In this document: positions 43,449 through 45,162 of the stretch, piece by piece
Position numbering within the stretch: the stretch's first letter is position 1
Layout: each line of letters opens with the position of its first letter
Source of the DNA: a virus
Taxonomy: Duplodnaviria; Caudoviricetes
Length of the DNA stretch: 45,162 nt
Virus record (IMG/VR): IMGVR_UViG_3300020045_008887
Span: 1 to 45,162 of that record
Reading direction: 5' to 3' (one strand)
Made by a program: the position numbers and the translations under genes
Notes under the pieces: generated by a model
Databases searched by the model: none
Seen by the model: only the letters and a program-made list of their open reading frames with translations
What the model was told of the DNA's origin: nothing

Positions 43449-44342
43449 TTAAGGCACTTTTAAAGTGATTATTTCGGTCATTGTATTAAATATTGCAGAT
43501 GTTTTTTTATGCAATTTGAATTTAATCCAATCGCCTGAAACTAAAGTAACCGGGCTGGACCCCTTTGTGATGGTTAAAGCAGATACGCCCGATGAAGGAG
43601 CACCAACGGTAACAGCGGCACTAACCATAGTAGTCCCGGTAACAGAATCATAGCTATCAATAATGGTAGCAGTCAAAGTATCAGTTACCAAAGCAGTTTT
43701 GTCAGCAAGGGCAAACAAAGTAATATTGATGTTAGTTGCTGCATAAGTCGAAGCGACCATGGTATAACCCAAAGCGGTTGGATTCAGTGCTAAATAATCA
43801 GCCAGCGGATCGACCAACTCAACAATTTCAACATCTTTAAACTGGTCTACATTTTCCCAATCCAGCCTTAAAGTGTATTGTTTTGTTTTGTCGGTTAATC
43901 CGGGAATCCCGGTGGGGACTGCGGATGCTTGTGCTAGAAACCCGCAATAAGTACCATTGCTGTTTTTATGCAGCAATTTATGTCCACTACCCAAATACAA
44001 TTCGCAATAATAACGGCCACCTGTAAAGTTTTTGACGGCTGAATTATGCGACCACGGGTTTGAATCAAGATAAACGATAATTCCACCAGGGGTAAATCTA
44101 GTTACCCGGTTTGCACCAAATCCGGTACTTTCGGTAACTGCTTCTGGCTTGGTTGCTTCTAAATCCTGAAAACTTTGTGTAATGTGCATTGATAATGCAG
44201 TATCGACCCATGCCTTACATCCAGCTGTTGATTTTGCAGCGGTCAAATTAGCATAGGTATTGTTGACGTTTGAAATCCCCAACATTTTAGGATCACCGTA
44301 ATACTCGATGATAGGGGACATTCCTAAAGGTAAAGCGCTCAT
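43449..44342 (-). CDS. Probable major tail (tube) protein
   Basis: 297 aa, T/S/A-rich, with an Ig-like C-terminal part; position in the tail module. Confidence 0.55.
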   Translation of the reverse strand: MSALPLGMSPIIEYYGDPKMLGISNVNNTYANLTAAKSTAGCKAWVDTALSMHITQSFQDLEATKPEAVTESTGFGANRVTRFTPGGIIVYLDSNPWSHNSAVKNFTGGRYYCELYLGSGHKLLHKNSNGTYCGFLAQASAVPTGIPGLTDKTKQYTLRLDWENVDQFKDVEIVELVDPLADYLALNPTALGYTMVASTYAATNINITLFALADKTALVTDTLTATIIDSYDSVTGTTMVSAAVTVGAPSSGVSALTITKGSSPVTLVSGDWIKFKLHKKTSAIFNTMTEIITLKVP

Positions 44343-44352
44343 AATATGTTTT

Positions 44353-45084
44353 TTAAATTAATTTAAAATTTGCTTGTGCTGAAATACTCGCATACATCTT
44401 AACGTAAGTAAGCGCGCTGGTATTAATCATGCCATCAATCAACCAGTAATCGAATTGATACCCGGTATTTGGGATAGCATTTATAGGGACAATTACAGGA
44501 TTGTTTTTTGAATGAGGGTGCGAATAAACACCGGCAACCGGTAAAGTAGTACCATTTGATCCGGCCAATATTGTTAAGTCAACCGAACTTATAGGAGTAC
44601 CAACACTTACCTCATTTAATGGTATCGACCCGTCAATCCTAAACATCGCAAATGGCTGCATATCATGCTTATTTTGACTTGATCCTTTCCAATATGAAAA
44701 CGATTCTTTTCCAATCACGGTGTTTTGATACCGGAAAGCTGAGAACCTCAACACGTCCGAAATATCACGGGCTGCAACCTCGAAAGCATCCCTATTATCT
44801 TCTGTTGGATAAAGTTTCAAAAGATTTGCATAAATATACAACTGTACGCTTATCGGCTCTCCATTTCGTTTATTAGCCGGTAAAATCCTCCAAAATAATT
44901 GAGCATCGTTTTTGCCATCTAACAAAACCTCTGAATACCTATCAATAGTTGCAATAGTAGGTATAACCCCATTTTCAGAAGCGACCTCGAAAACCCGGCC
45001 ATAAAACACAACGGTTTTTCCTAACCATAATTTTGCAGTCAGTAAATCGTTGATGTTTTTTATTGCCAAGTCAATTCCAATCAT
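44353..45084 (-). CDS. Probable tail terminator/head-tail protein with a C-terminal InlB B-repeat-like domain
   Basis: C-terminal NGTTLP..G.Y...V.INAIPNTGYQFDYW...ISAQANF. Confidence 0.5.
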   Translation of the reverse strand: MIGIDLAIKNINDLLTAKLWLGKTVVFYGRVFEVASENGVIPTIATIDRYSEVLLDGKNDAQLFWRILPANKRNGEPISVQLYIYANLLKLYPTEDNRDAFEVAARDISDVLRFSAFRYQNTVIGKESFSYWKGSSQNKHDMQPFAMFRIDGSIPLNEVSVGTPISSVDLTILAGSNGTTLPVAGVYSHPHSKNNPVIVPINAIPNTGYQFDYWLIDGMINTSALTYVKMYASISAQANFKLI

Positions 45085-45162
45085 ATAGAGCTAATTGTGT
45101 AAGCGTCCTTTTCATTTTCCAAAAATGCAGAATCTTTGTAGCCTAATTTTTCAATCGTGGCC
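45081..45162 (-). CDS. 3' end of an upstream structural gene (partial)
   Basis: Open frame ...ATIEKLGYKDSAFLENEKDAYTISSI*, with an ATGA overlap onto the next gene. Confidence 0.5.
   Translation of the reverse strand, partial: ATIEKLGYKDSAFLENEKDAYTISSI

Noticed and set aside
491-44876. All plus-strand ORFs in the track
   Set aside because: They are antisense shadows of longer minus-strand genes and show no recognisable motifs.
1-45162. Stop-codon reassignment
   Set aside because: Genes are full length and densely packed under the standard code, and no suppressor tRNA is present.

Overview
This AT-rich window is most of a tailed dsDNA phage genome, probably a siphovirus of a Bacteroidota host (TAnnTTTG promoters, signal peptides followed by Gln, a FISUMP domain). 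Essentially all real genes are on the minus strand. The window opens inside the probable major capsid gene and ends in the head-tail genes, so it looks like a near-complete circularly permuted genome. It holds packaging and head genes (1-5.7 kb), a ParB-N/radical SAM block, accessory genes, replication and recombination genes (18.9-27.5 kb), lysis genes (30-31.7 kb) and tail genes (32.6-45.1 kb). No integrase, IntI or reverse transcriptase is visible. The main discovery is an integron-like array of six gene cassettes at 12.3-16.3 kb. Each is bounded by complementary GTT.../...AAC cores and attC-like hairpins, follows a duplicated 90-bp attI-like site, and carries genes in antisense orientation, three of which start inside their attC. 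Other notable items are four chromosomal-type parS palindromes, a tRNA-like RNA whose anticodon arm is replaced by a long hairpin, and a 16-aa Trp/Tyr-rich peptide coupled to the radical SAM gene. There are also two 149-bp inverted-repeat/IHF elements, a circularly permuted FISUMP protein, and a phage acyl carrier protein. All function calls come from motif recognition by eye; no database searches were run.
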